Shown in pieces: positions 8,943 to 17,247 of a stretch of DNA of 60,630 nt. Under the pieces are notes generated by a model. That model did not search any database and was not told the DNA's origin. It saw nothing but the letters and a program-made list of their open reading frames with translations. The stretch is taken from positions 1 to 60,630 of the IMG/VR virus record IMGVR_UViG_3300012914_000001; one strand, written 5' to 3'. This DNA comes from a virus (Duplodnaviria > Caudoviricetes). Each line of letters opens with the position of its first letter. Positions within the stretch are counted from its first letter, which is position 1. A program made the position numbers and the translations under genes.

Positions 8943-10454
8943 TTACGACGCGATCTTTTGTGCGACGACGCCGAGTTTCGCGAGCGGTTTCACGATCGCG
9001 AGCGGCAGGAAAATGTCGACCTGCGAACCGTCGCTGCCGTTGATCTGAACGATAATCTCGCCCGCCGTGATGCTGGCGTCGAGCGCATCGCCCTGCACGA
9101 CGCCGAGGTCGACCCAACGCCCGAGCCGTGACTCGACGAACGCCTGCACGTCCTTTCGCTCGGTCACGCCGGCGGGCAGCCGGTTCTGCCCCGCAGGCAG
9201 ATCGGGGGTGATGCTCGTGTTCGCGAACTCGACGGGCAGCGCCGTTCGCAGGTCGGCGGCGACGGTGTACATGCCGTCGGTGTCGGACATGTCGAACGCC
9301 CGATAGTCCTGCGACGCGCCGTTCAGGCTGTGCGTCGTGATGGGCCGCACGAGGAACACCTCGCCGGTCAGCAGCTCGACGTCGATCGGCGTCACGCCGT
9401 TGTTCAGCAGCACCTCGGTTTCCGCGGGCGTCAGCTTGTCAGCGACGACGTCGCGCGGGCCGAGCAATCCGAGCTTGTTTCCGATGCGGTTATAGTTCGC
9501 GCGGATCGCGATCCATTTCAGCGCGTCGCCCGCCTCGGCGCCCGCGAGCTCGCCGGGCAGGTCCTCGAAATTCTGCCCGAACACATACTCGAACGTTTCG
9601 CTGTTCCGACCGATCGCGCCCGTCTGCACGTTCGCGAGGGTCCCGGTGTGCCCGACGACGCCGACCTGCAGCAGGGCCTGATTACCCGTTTCGAGGCCGT
9701 CGATGTGAGCTGCGATGCGAGCAGCGTTGCTCGTGCCGGCAGCGCTCGTCGCGTCGGCGTTCGACAGGACGCCGATGATTCGCCGGAACTCGGTCGTCGA
9801 CACCGTCGACAGGGCCGTCGAAAAGTCGGGCTCGAGCGTGCCGCCCGTCAGCGCTGCGGGGTTCACGCTGACGGCGATGCCGCCGCCGCCCTCGACGATC
9901 GAGGCGTCGATGCGAATGTCGTTACCCCACACCCCGGCGACTTTCGCCGTGTAATCGATGTCGGCCGTATCCGCTGCCGCGGTCAGCGCGAGGTCGGCGC
10001 CCTTGGCGTTGATCGCGGCGACGGCGCGGGTGACGAACGTCGCCGGGCTTTCGCCGTTGTTCCACGGGACATCGGTGATGCGACCGTGATGCCGGAACCG
10101 CACGACGCTGTTCTGCGTCGCCGGGCCCGTGAACGTTTGCGTGCCCGTCGCTGCGACGCCGGCGCTCGGCGTCGGGCTGATCGCGAACAGCTGCCCGAGC
10201 GGGTTCCGCTTGAAAAACTTTTTGGCGGCGAGGTGTCCCTCGGTACCCGGGCCGTACGCGGTCGCCGCGTCGTCGGGCCCGAACAGCTGCCGCACCTCGG
10301 TATTATTGACGAGGTTTCCGGCGCTGCCTTTCGGTGCCATCAGCAGCGCGCGCAGCACCTCGCTGCCGGGGTTTGCGGGTTCGCCGAGCAGGTCGACGAT
10401 CAGGTAAAAACCGGGCGTTTTAACCGTCGGTGCGACGGCAACGGGAATGGTCAT
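8943..10454 (-). CDS. Contractile tail sheath protein (Mu gpL-like)
   Basis: KTPGFY N-terminus, TAKVAGVWGNDI, ETEVLLNNGVTPI...RPITT sheath motifs. Confidence 0.9.
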   Translation of the reverse strand: MTIPVAVAPTVKTPGFYLIVDLLGEPANPGSEVLRALLMAPKGSAGNLVNNTEVRQLFGPDDAATAYGPGTEGHLAAKKFFKRNPLGQLFAISPTPSAGVAATGTQTFTGPATQNSVVRFRHHGRITDVPWNNGESPATFVTRAVAAINAKGADLALTAAADTADIDYTAKVAGVWGNDIRIDASIVEGGGGIAVSVNPAALTGGTLEPDFSTALSTVSTTEFRRIIGVLSNADATSAAGTSNAARIAAHIDGLETGNQALLQVGVVGHTGTLANVQTGAIGRNSETFEYVFGQNFEDLPGELAGAEAGDALKWIAIRANYNRIGNKLGLLGPRDVVADKLTPAETEVLLNNGVTPIDVELLTGEVFLVRPITTHSLNGASQDYRAFDMSDTDGMYTVAADLRTALPVEFANTSITPDLPAGQNRLPAGVTERKDVQAFVESRLGRWVDLGVVQGDALDASITAGEIIVQINGSDGSQVDIFLPLAIVKPLAKLGVVAQKIAS

Positions 10455-10460
10455 TCGGGC

Positions 10461-10781
10461 TTACTCCGGCGGCGCTTGTTTCGGCGCGCGGGGTGTGCCT
10501 CCCCCGGTGCTCTTTTCTGTCGGTTGATCCTGTCGGTTTTGCCGCTGCCACTCGTCGGCGGTCCGCTGCACGAGGGACCCGTCGCGCAGCGCGCGCGTGT
10601 ACTCTCGGCGATACTTGCGGAACTCGTCGTGCGGGATAGCGACGATCTGTTCGGGGTGATAGTCGACGACGTTCGGTTCGAGCGTTCGACGCTCGGCACC
10701 GATGAACGTCCGGGTGCCGTACCGGGTGACGAGGGAACCCTCGACGCACGAAACGAACAGCGCGAACGACGCTTGCGACAT
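10461..10781 (-). CDS. Hypothetical protein upstream of sheath (Mu gp38-like position)
   Basis: EYTRALRDGSLV resembles the YWxRRLxDGDV motif of DUF2635-type proteins; synteny. Confidence 0.55.
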   Translation of the reverse strand: MSQASFALFVSCVEGSLVTRYGTRTFIGAERRTLEPNVVDYHPEQIVAIPHDEFRKYRREYTRALRDGSLVQRTADEWQRQNRQDQPTEKSTGGGTPRAPKQAPPE

Positions 10782-10790
10782 GCGGCAAGA

Positions 10791-11441
10791 CTACGGGATC
10801 GCATGCGCACCGGCAAGCGATGCACGGTCGACACGGCGTGCGAGCGACACGAGGAACTCGGCGAACGCCGGCGGCGTCAGGTGCGTCGCCTTGCCGCTGA
10901 CGCGCGCGTCGTGTCCTCGCCCGGTGTCGTTATGGTCGCCCGAGTGCCGCTGCGCGAAATGCGTCAGCAGCCGCGTTCCACGGGGTTTATCCCATCGGGT
11001 GTCAGGCGGCGGCTCGGCACCGACGAGCACGAGCCAAGTCAGCTTTCGGCACTCGTGCCCATATGCACTTTGGGCGACCTCGCATGTCCACTCGCCGTCG
11101 AGGCTGCGGGCCCACCCCTTGCGCGGCGGCGCGAGCAGCCCGAACCGAGGCCATGCGAGCGACCATGCCGGGTGTTCGAGCACGCCGCCGTGCCGGCGCA
11201 CTGCCGCGAGCGCTGCCGCGAACAGCCCGCCGTCGGCGCCGACCTGCATTTCAGGCCGGTTCGGGAACCGCCAAGCTACGTTTTTCGCGAGCTTGCACCA
11301 CCGCTGACACGGCGGGTGCGCGACGACGGGGTGTGGCCCGGCATAGCGAGTCGCGTCGCGTGCCTCGTCCCATATCTCGACGCCGGGCATCGACGGGTAA
11401 GGGCCCTTGCGATCGACGTACAGCGCGGCAACCGTCTGCAT
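10791..11441 (-). CDS. Putative atypical C5-cytosine DNA methyltransferase-like protein
   Basis: VVAHPPC (motif IV-like PC), GGVLEHP (ENV-like), QSAYGH...KLTWL; no clear FxGxG. Start moved to MQTVAALY, which has a TACAGT -10 7 nt upstream. Confidence 0.55.
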   Translation of the reverse strand: MQTVAALYVDRKGPYPSMPGVEIWDEARDATRYAGPHPVVAHPPCQRWCKLAKNVAWRFPNRPEMQVGADGGLFAAALAAVRRHGGVLEHPAWSLAWPRFGLLAPPRKGWARSLDGEWTCEVAQSAYGHECRKLTWLVLVGAEPPPDTRWDKPRGTRLLTHFAQRHSGDHNDTGRGHDARVSGKATHLTPPAFAEFLVSLARRVDRASLAGAHAIP

Positions 11442-11475
11442 CGGGCGCACTGTACGACCGCCTCGGCGGTCCGCA

Positions 11476-12462
11476 TCATGGGCCCGGTGGGATCGGCACA
11501 CCGATGTCGACGACCGTCAGCGGCGTCGTCGGCTCGGGCGCAGGGCGTCCGGGCAGCGCCTGCTGCAGGCGAGTGCGCAGCCAAGGCAGGAACGTGCGGG
11601 CATCGGTGCGCGAGATGACTCGGTTAACCCGCAGCGTCATCGCGTACACGTAATGCTTTTCGCCCCGGACGAACCGCGAGCGGTTCACGATTTCGAGGCT
11701 GCCCATGTTCGTCAGCTGCTCGCCGTCGGTCGTCACCTGCTGATCGGTCAGCAGCCGGGTAATGGCTTGCATCAGCCGGGCACCGTCGCCGCGTCGTTTG
11801 CCCGAGGACGCGAACGACGAGCTGACGACGAACAACCGGTAATTCTCGGTGAACGCCCGCATGCCGTCGGCAAGGCGCGTCGACCCCTGGTTCGTCGTCG
11901 CCGTGCGACCCTCGGCCGGGGTCGACTGTGTCCACACCAGCATCGCGCCGGGCAGCTGCGCGAGGCGCCCGTCGGCGATGTCTTTCTCGATCGCGCTCGC
12001 GTCGAGGTCCTCGTAATAGACCGCACGCCGCAGGGCGAGCACGCCCTCGGGACGGTCGGCGCCGTCGGTAATGTCGGCGTCGACGGTCGCCTCGTCGGCG
12101 AGGGACTCGAGCAGCGGGTCGAACCGCAGCACCGTTCCCGCCGACAGGTTATGCCGAGCGCCGCCGAGGTTCGAGCGGATCGCGACGGACAGCGACCCGC
12201 CGGGCGGGATCGTCCAGTCGCCGCCCTTGCCATGCGGCAGCTCGGTCGCCGGGTTCGGGGCGACCTTGAACACGAGGTCGTCGGCGAGCTCGCCGCCTAC
12301 CACCGGCAGCAGGTACATATTCGGCGGCAGCACGACCTCGGCGCCCGAGGTGTTCTCGACGGTCGCCGTGCCCGTCCCGCGGTCGCCGGACAGGGGCGCG
12401 AGCTGCCCGAGGATCGCCCGGGCAAGGGCCTCGATGACGTCGAAATCGACCGGTGTTGCCAT
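11476..12462 (-). CDS. Tail completion/terminator protein (Mu gp37-like) with an inserted baseplate-J-like beta domain
   Basis: Synteny between gpG and sheath; IEALARAIL and LAQLPGAMLVW flank a GTATV..VVLP..SVAIRSNLGGARHNLSAGT..ITDGAD segment. Confidence 0.55.
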   Translation of the reverse strand: MATPVDFDVIEALARAILGQLAPLSGDRGTGTATVENTSGAEVVLPPNMYLLPVVGGELADDLVFKVAPNPATELPHGKGGDWTIPPGGSLSVAIRSNLGGARHNLSAGTVLRFDPLLESLADEATVDADITDGADRPEGVLALRRAVYYEDLDASAIEKDIADGRLAQLPGAMLVWTQSTPAEGRTATTNQGSTRLADGMRAFTENYRLFVVSSSFASSGKRRGDGARLMQAITRLLTDQQVTTDGEQLTNMGSLEIVNRSRFVRGEKHYVYAMTLRVNRVISRTDARTFLPWLRTRLQQALPGRPAPEPTTPLTVVDIGVPIPPGP

Positions 12463-12467
12463 GGTGT

Positions 12468-13097
12468 TTACTCGGCGGCAGGGGCAAGGATCTGCGACAG
12501 GATCATGTCGACGGCCTCGCGCTGCGCGGCCTCGAAATCGATGTCGGTAAAGTCGCGTTTCGGCAGTCGTTTGCGTGGCGCGTCGCTGACGTGGAACCCG
12601 CCATAAGGCACGTTCGTAAACGCCTCGGCGACGGACTGATCGGCGTACGGCATGATCGACCCGGCGAGGTTCCCGGTGTCCTGCAGGATCGTGAACGCGA
12701 TCGAGGCCTCGCGCTGCCGGCGTTTCTCGCGCGCCCTGCCCTGCCGCCGCACGCGGGCCCGGCGCTGCTTGGCAGTCTCGCGCACCTGAACGAACTCGTC
12801 GCCGTCCCACTCGCCTTGCGGCGCGCCGCGCAGGCTGCGCCCGCCGCGCAGTTTCGACAGTCGGTGCTCTTTAGTCGCCGGCGCGAGGTCAGGCCATTTC
12901 GGGCGCCCGGCGACGGCGCCCTCGCGGGCGAACACCTCGTGCACCGACGACACCAGGATCTCGGCGAGCAGCGGGGTCGTCTCTGCCTGCACGTCGGCGC
13001 CCGCCTCGGCGAGCCGATGCAGGGCGGACAGCAGCGCCGAGCTGTCGAGCTCGACGTTACTGCCGCCGCCCCGGCGCCGGTAGGTGACGACGGGCAT
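12468..13097 (-). CDS. Virion morphogenesis protein (Mu gpG / P2 gpS family)
   Basis: WPDLAPAT, ILQDTGNLAGSI, TNVPYGGFH, LPKRDF signature motifs. Confidence 0.85.
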   Translation of the reverse strand: MPVVTYRRRGGGSNVELDSSALLSALHRLAEAGADVQAETTPLLAEILVSSVHEVFAREGAVAGRPKWPDLAPATKEHRLSKLRGGRSLRGAPQGEWDGDEFVQVRETAKQRRARVRRQGRAREKRRQREASIAFTILQDTGNLAGSIMPYADQSVAEAFTNVPYGGFHVSDAPRKRLPKRDFTDIDFEAAQREAVDMILSQILAPAAE

Positions 13098-13552
13098 TAG
13101 ACCCCGGGGTTAGGGTCGTCGGCGCTGTACAGCGGGCGATCGTTCGGCGGGTCGTCGGCATCGGGCTTGCCACCCGTGAACCCGCCGCAGCAGCCACCGA
13201 CGACGCCGGGGCAGCCCTCGTCGCCTGGAGCTGCCGGCGACGCCGTGCCGTTGCGCCGCTGCAGCACGTCAGCGACGGCGATCGGGTGCAGCCCGGGCAG
13301 CGGCAGGGAATGGTGCGGCGTGCCCGGCTCGCACGCGATGCCCTTGTTTGCGGTCATCATGGCCTCGTGCAGCTGCCGCAGCGCCGCGGTCTGATCCGGG
13401 CCCTCGGGCGTGTTCGCGATGACGGTCAGCGCGCACTGCTTGAACGCATACCGGTTTCCCTCGATGCGGGCTGACTGCTCGGGCGACGGCCGGTGATAGT
13501 CAAACGAGTCGAGGATCGCCTGCTGTCGCGGTGTGACGAAATCGTTTGCCAT
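13097..13552 (-). CDS. Acb2/Tad1-like hairpin protein (putative cyclic-nucleotide sponge)
   Basis: FDYHRPSPEQ..RI..NR.AFK..A.....PEGPDQTAALRQLHEAMMTANKGIA; start MANDF overlaps the upstream stop (TGATG). Confidence 0.65.
   Translation of the reverse strand: MANDFVTPRQQAILDSFDYHRPSPEQSARIEGNRYAFKQCALTVIANTPEGPDQTAALRQLHEAMMTANKGIACEPGTPHHSLPLPGLHPIAVADVLQRRNGTASPAAPGDEGCPGVVGGCCGGFTGGKPDADDPPNDRPLYSADDPNPGV
13219..13242 (-). repeat. 24-bp dispersed palindrome CGTCGCCGGCAGCTCCAGGCGACG (exact copy)
   Basis: Identical to the copies at 20109, 34468, 41172 and 55961. Confidence 0.85.
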
Positions 13553-13833
13553 CAGGCGACCTCGTCGGTTGCCGGCGGTTCTGCCGGCGGCTCGCACACG
13601 AGGATCGCCTTGATCGCCGTCGCCTGCGTTTCGAGCAGCTGCGTCAGCGCGACCGTCAGCACCGGGCCCTCGGGACATTGATCCATCACGGCCGCGGCCG
13701 TGACCTTGAACGCGAGCCGGACGCGCTCGATCCGCTCGGCCTGCGCGGGGTGTTCGGTGGTTTGCTCGGGCGAGACTCGGTCGAACGAGTCGAGTGTCGC
13801 CTGCTGCTGTGGGGTGCGGGTTGTGTCTGTCAT
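13552..13833 (-). CDS. Divergent paralog of the adjacent Acb2/Tad1-like protein
   Basis: TPQQQATLDSFD..SPEQ..RIERVRLAFK..A....PEGP..TVALTQLLE....AIKAI aligns with the 13097-13552 protein. Confidence 0.65.
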   Translation of the reverse strand: MTDTTRTPQQQATLDSFDRVSPEQTTEHPAQAERIERVRLAFKVTAAAVMDQCPEGPVLTVALTQLLETQATAIKAILVCEPPAEPPATDEVA

Positions 13834-14015
13834 CAGCTGAACCGTATACCATCGGCGCGACCGCGTCGCAGCTGCGTCGCCTGCTGCCGCATGCGCGTCG
13901 CCTCGCGGCGTCGCTTGTCTGCCTGACTCGGGTCGAGCTGTTCGAGCTCGGATGCCTCGGCGTCGAGCCGTGCTGCCTGACGCTCGAGGTCGTCAGCGCG
14001 CGTGACTTGGATCAT
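13833..14015 (-). CDS. Small coiled-coil hypothetical protein
   Basis: MIQVTRADDLERQ...; overlaps both neighbours. Confidence 0.5.
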   Translation of the reverse strand: MIQVTRADDLERQAARLDAEASELEQLDPSQADKRRREATRMRQQATQLRRGRADGIRFS

Positions 14016-14257
14016 TTCCAATGCTTTCCCGCTGCCGTGACGTGCCGCAGCGAATGGCCTGCGCCGAGCATGCATTGATGACCGGCGTCGTTCCGCTCGG
14101 CGCAGCGGTCCTGAACGACGCAGGTGCAGGTCGCGCGAGCGTCGCCGACGACGCACAGCTCGCACTCGCTGCGGGGTCCCGCGAACGCCTTGGCAGGCGT
14201 GACCTTGCGGCGCTTGCTCGTTCCCGGCGGCGGCGAGAACACCGGCCCTCGAGGCAC
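14012..14257 (-). CDS. Small Cys/His-rich hypothetical protein
   Basis: CxxC, C..GHxC...GHxxxH pattern. Confidence 0.5.
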   Translation of the reverse strand: MPRGPVFSPPPGTSKRRKVTPAKAFAGPRSECELCVVGDARATCTCVVQDRCAERNDAGHQCMLGAGHSLRHVTAAGKHWK

Positions 14258-14260
14258 CGG

Positions 14261-14752
14261 TTAGAACCCCCCGGGCCCGACCTTGCCCGGATACCGGGGG
14301 TCGCGCGAGATGACGAACACCGGTTCGCCGAGGTTCACGTCGCCGCCGACGATCGGGTTCTCGCCCGCGCCCGTACCTTCCTTTTTACTGCGCAGCTCGC
14401 CCATGCTCATTTTGACGAGCGCCGCCCGGGCCCGCTCGCCCATGCCGTGAAAGGGTCCCTCGCCGTCGTCGTTCATGAACTCGAGGCGACGCTCGCCGGC
14501 GTGCTGCGCGAATATGCTCGTCGCGTACCGACGCAGTGATGCGTCCTCCGACAGCTCGTTCAGCGCGCCGGCGTCGAACCCCTTGCGGAACATGATCGAC
14601 GTGACCTCGTCGTTTGCCGCGGCGATCGTTTCGTCGATGACGCCGGCGTCAGATCCGGTGATGTCGCCGTCGCCGTTATCGTCGAACAGCTCGACGACGC
14701 GACGGCGGGTGATCTTCCGGATCAGTTCCTCGAGGCTAGTCCAGTTCGCCAT
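14261..14752 (-). CDS. Head-tail adaptor (Mu gp36 / DUF1320-like)
   Basis: WTSLEEL..VELFDD.GDG....IDETIAAANDEV pattern; synteny after capsid. Confidence 0.75.
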   Translation of the reverse strand: MANWTSLEELIRKITRRRVVELFDDNGDGDITGSDAGVIDETIAAANDEVTSIMFRKGFDAGALNELSEDASLRRYATSIFAQHAGERRLEFMNDDGEGPFHGMGERARAALVKMSMGELRSKKEGTGAGENPIVGGDVNLGEPVFVISRDPRYPGKVGPGGF

Positions 14753-14775
14753 GGGTCCGGGGCGTCAGCGAGGGG

Positions 14776-15327
14776 TCAGGGGGTGAACGGGTTCGGCGCC
14801 TGTTTGGGGGGCAGCACGCCGACGACCTGACCGCGTGTCTCGCGGATCAGGGCCTGCAGCTTGCGCGGCAGCGCATGGATCGGGGTGCCGTGCTTGACGA
14901 CGGCGGGCACCTCGTCGCCGTTCTGATCCTTGAACCTCCCGACCCAATTGCCATGCACGACCTCGTCGGTCGTGCTGATCGGTTTCGTCGGGTCGGGCCT
15001 CGCGATGAACTGTCCGGACCGGTCGCTGATGTACGCGCCCGGGCGCTCGCGCTGATCGGTCGGCGACGCAGGACTCGGCACCTGACCGGGCAGCGGCGGC
15101 ACGACGCCGGACGCTGCGGGCGGGAACACGGCCGGGCTACCCTCGCCCGCATCGGGCTCGGCAGCGGCAGCAGTGCGGGCGTCAGCGCCGGCGCGCTCGG
15201 CGGCGTTCGCCTTGGCTGATGCGATCGTCGCGTCAGCGAGCGTCGCTTTGCCGCTTTCGGCGTGCGGCACGTCGCTCGCGGCGTTCGCCGGGGTTTCGAG
15301 GGGTGGGGGCTTTGGCTTGTTCGACAT
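14776..15327 (-). CDS. Hypothetical protein after major capsid
   Basis: 183 aa, Pro/Ala-rich N-terminus; AGGAG SD. Confidence 0.7.
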   Translation of the reverse strand: MSNKPKPPPLETPANAASDVPHAESGKATLADATIASAKANAAERAGADARTAAAAEPDAGEGSPAVFPPAASGVVPPLPGQVPSPASPTDQRERPGAYISDRSGQFIARPDPTKPISTTDEVVHGNWVGRFKDQNGDEVPAVVKHGTPIHALPRKLQALIRETRGQVVGVLPPKQAPNPFTP

Positions 15328-15370
15328 GTGCGGTCACTCCTATTGCACGGGGTGTCGCACGTCAGCGTAA

Positions 15371-15425
15371 CACACAAAAGACGGCGGGCCGTATCCTGTC
15401 GCAGTGGCAGGACACGGCCCGTCGT
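15371..15425 (-). terminator. Rho-independent terminator after major capsid
   Basis: ACGGCGGGCCGT/ACGGCCCGTCGT stem plus inner TCCTG/CAGGA; CTTTTGTGTG tail on the minus strand. Confidence 0.7.
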
Positions 15426-15451
15426 AAGTGCGGGCGCCTCGACTGTGGCGC

Positions 15452-16711
15452 TTACGCGAGGGTGTTCAGGATCAGCGCGCCGACGTTGTTCGCGATGAAC
15501 CGCGGATCCTCGCTGTAGCCCGAAACCATCATTTGCCCGGCGTGCAGACCGCGCCGCGGCAGCTCGAACTCGCGGGTGATAAACCCGGTGCCGCTCGGGC
15601 CGTTGAAACGCCAAGTCACGGCGGTCTGAATGTCCTCGGGATTGACGAGCCCTCCCGAGGGCTTTCGGATGCCGACGACCGCCTCGCCCATGATGAAGTC
15701 GATCCCGCCCGTCGACTCGTTCAGCACCTTGCCGCCGACGACATGGATCGGAGCGAGGCCCGGGATCACGATATCGCGCTTGCGCGACACGACGTCGGGC
15801 GACGGGGCATTGTCGCCGAGCATCACGCGCAGGTACGTCCGCACGTTCGCGTTCCGCAAAAACGCATTGAACACCGGCGTCGACATGAACCAGTCGGTGA
15901 TCGGCATGACCGAGTTTTCCTCGGCATCCTGCATATTCAGGATGGGATCGCCGTTCGCCGTGTTCCACTCGCTCGAACCCGCGATCGTCGTGACGTTGTT
16001 CGCGTTCCAATTGCCCGACGTCGTCAGCAGACCGCCGGTGCCAAAGATCCGCACCTCGCGCTCGAGGGCGAGGGCCCACCGGATCCGGCGCGCGAGCGCC
16101 TGCCGCGGGTCGTACGCCTTGCGCGCCGTGTGCTGCGTCACGTTCGGGATAAACCCGCCGATCGCGCGGTCGACGCAAATGAACGTCCGCAGGATGGTTT
16201 CCGGGTCGACCTCGTTAATGTCTGACTGCGTCGAGGCGAGCACGTTCACAACGCGAAAGGCGTTGTTTTCCGTGAACGTCCGGAACTGGTCCGTCAAAAA
16301 GTCGGTCGGAACGATCGGCACTGCCTCGTCGGCGCGGAACTCGTCGGGCGCGTACCCGGCGAGGAACGTGTCGATTTCCTCGGCGACGTGAACGTCGCTC
16401 GGCTGCAGGGCGAGCGTGATGCTTTGCCCTGCGCGCAGCCCGAGGTGCGGCACGTCAGTCGCGAGGGCGAGCGCGATGTTCTGCACGCCGCCGGTTGCGC
16501 CTGCGCGGCGCATGATCTGATAGGGGTCGATGCCGTACTGCGACAGCGTCTGCAGCTGCTGCAGGCCCGGCAGGCCATGGCCTGAAAGGAAACCGCCGGC
16601 GCCGGGCTGCCCCTGCGTCTGCGACAGCAGCTGACGAATGTCGGCGGTCAACGCGCCGGGCACCGGCATCAGGCCCGCAGCGGCGGGCATCCTGAAAATG
16701 TTCGGGTTCAT
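15452..16711 (-). CDS. Major capsid protein
   Basis: 419 aa after protease and decoration genes; EFRADEAVPIVP, LEREVRI, WNTANGDPI (major capsid E-like); followed by a terminator. Confidence 0.85.
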   Translation of the reverse strand: MNPNIFRMPAAAGLMPVPGALTADIRQLLSQTQGQPGAGGFLSGHGLPGLQQLQTLSQYGIDPYQIMRRAGATGGVQNIALALATDVPHLGLRAGQSITLALQPSDVHVAEEIDTFLAGYAPDEFRADEAVPIVPTDFLTDQFRTFTENNAFRVVNVLASTQSDINEVDPETILRTFICVDRAIGGFIPNVTQHTARKAYDPRQALARRIRWALALEREVRIFGTGGLLTTSGNWNANNVTTIAGSSEWNTANGDPILNMQDAEENSVMPITDWFMSTPVFNAFLRNANVRTYLRVMLGDNAPSPDVVSRKRDIVIPGLAPIHVVGGKVLNESTGGIDFIMGEAVVGIRKPSGGLVNPEDIQTAVTWRFNGPSGTGFITREFELPRRGLHAGQMMVSGYSEDPRFIANNVGALILNTLA

Positions 16712-16768
16712 AACTTGGGTTCGATCCTGCTTTAGGGGTCGCGGTGTGGAGTGTGTGCCGGCGTGCGG

Positions 16769-17161
16769 TTATGCCGCGAGGATCGTCGGCTGATCGCACA
16801 GCTCGACCTCGGCGACCTGCCCGAGGGCGGTCGTCGCAGTCACGGTGCGGCCGATGACGTTGTTACCGGCCGTCGCGAGGATCGCGCGTCCGCTTGCGTC
16901 TGACATGACGTTGACGTTTTTCGCGACGGCTGCGCCCGTTTCGATCGGCGCCTTGCCTTTCGTCTGAATGTCGCCGGCGGCGCCGTTCGCGATCGCGTTC
17001 ATGGTCACCCCGAAATACGGGGCAGTCGCTGCGGCCGCCTGCGCGACCTGATCGATCGCCGCGCCCTGCACGACGATCCGGTTCGCGGCGATGCTGCTGC
17101 CGCTGAGGTTTAGGCCGGGGCGAATGCTGCCATCCGGCACGATGCGACGAGGTTCGGGCAT
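16769..17161 (-). CDS. Capsid decoration/cement protein (DUF2190-like)
   Basis: 130 aa Ala/Gly-rich, GKAPIETGAAV..VMSDASGRAI..GNNVIGR; between protease and capsid. Confidence 0.75.
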   Translation of the reverse strand: MPEPRRIVPDGSIRPGLNLSGSSIAANRIVVQGAAIDQVAQAAAATAPYFGVTMNAIANGAAGDIQTKGKAPIETGAAVAKNVNVMSDASGRAILATAGNNVIGRTVTATTALGQVAEVELCDQPTILAA

Positions 17162-17247
17162 GTTGCTCCTAGTGGGTTATCGGGCTCGGATGCATCAGCG
17201 CGGCGCGTCTACTGCCGGTGCAGACGCGCGATGCTGCTGCGAAAGGA

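Noticed and set aside
9330-11618. Long + strand ORFs (9330..11618, 20197..22161, 55854..57803 and similar)
   Set aside because: Arg/Ala-rich antisense frames expected at high GC, lying opposite well-supported structural genes
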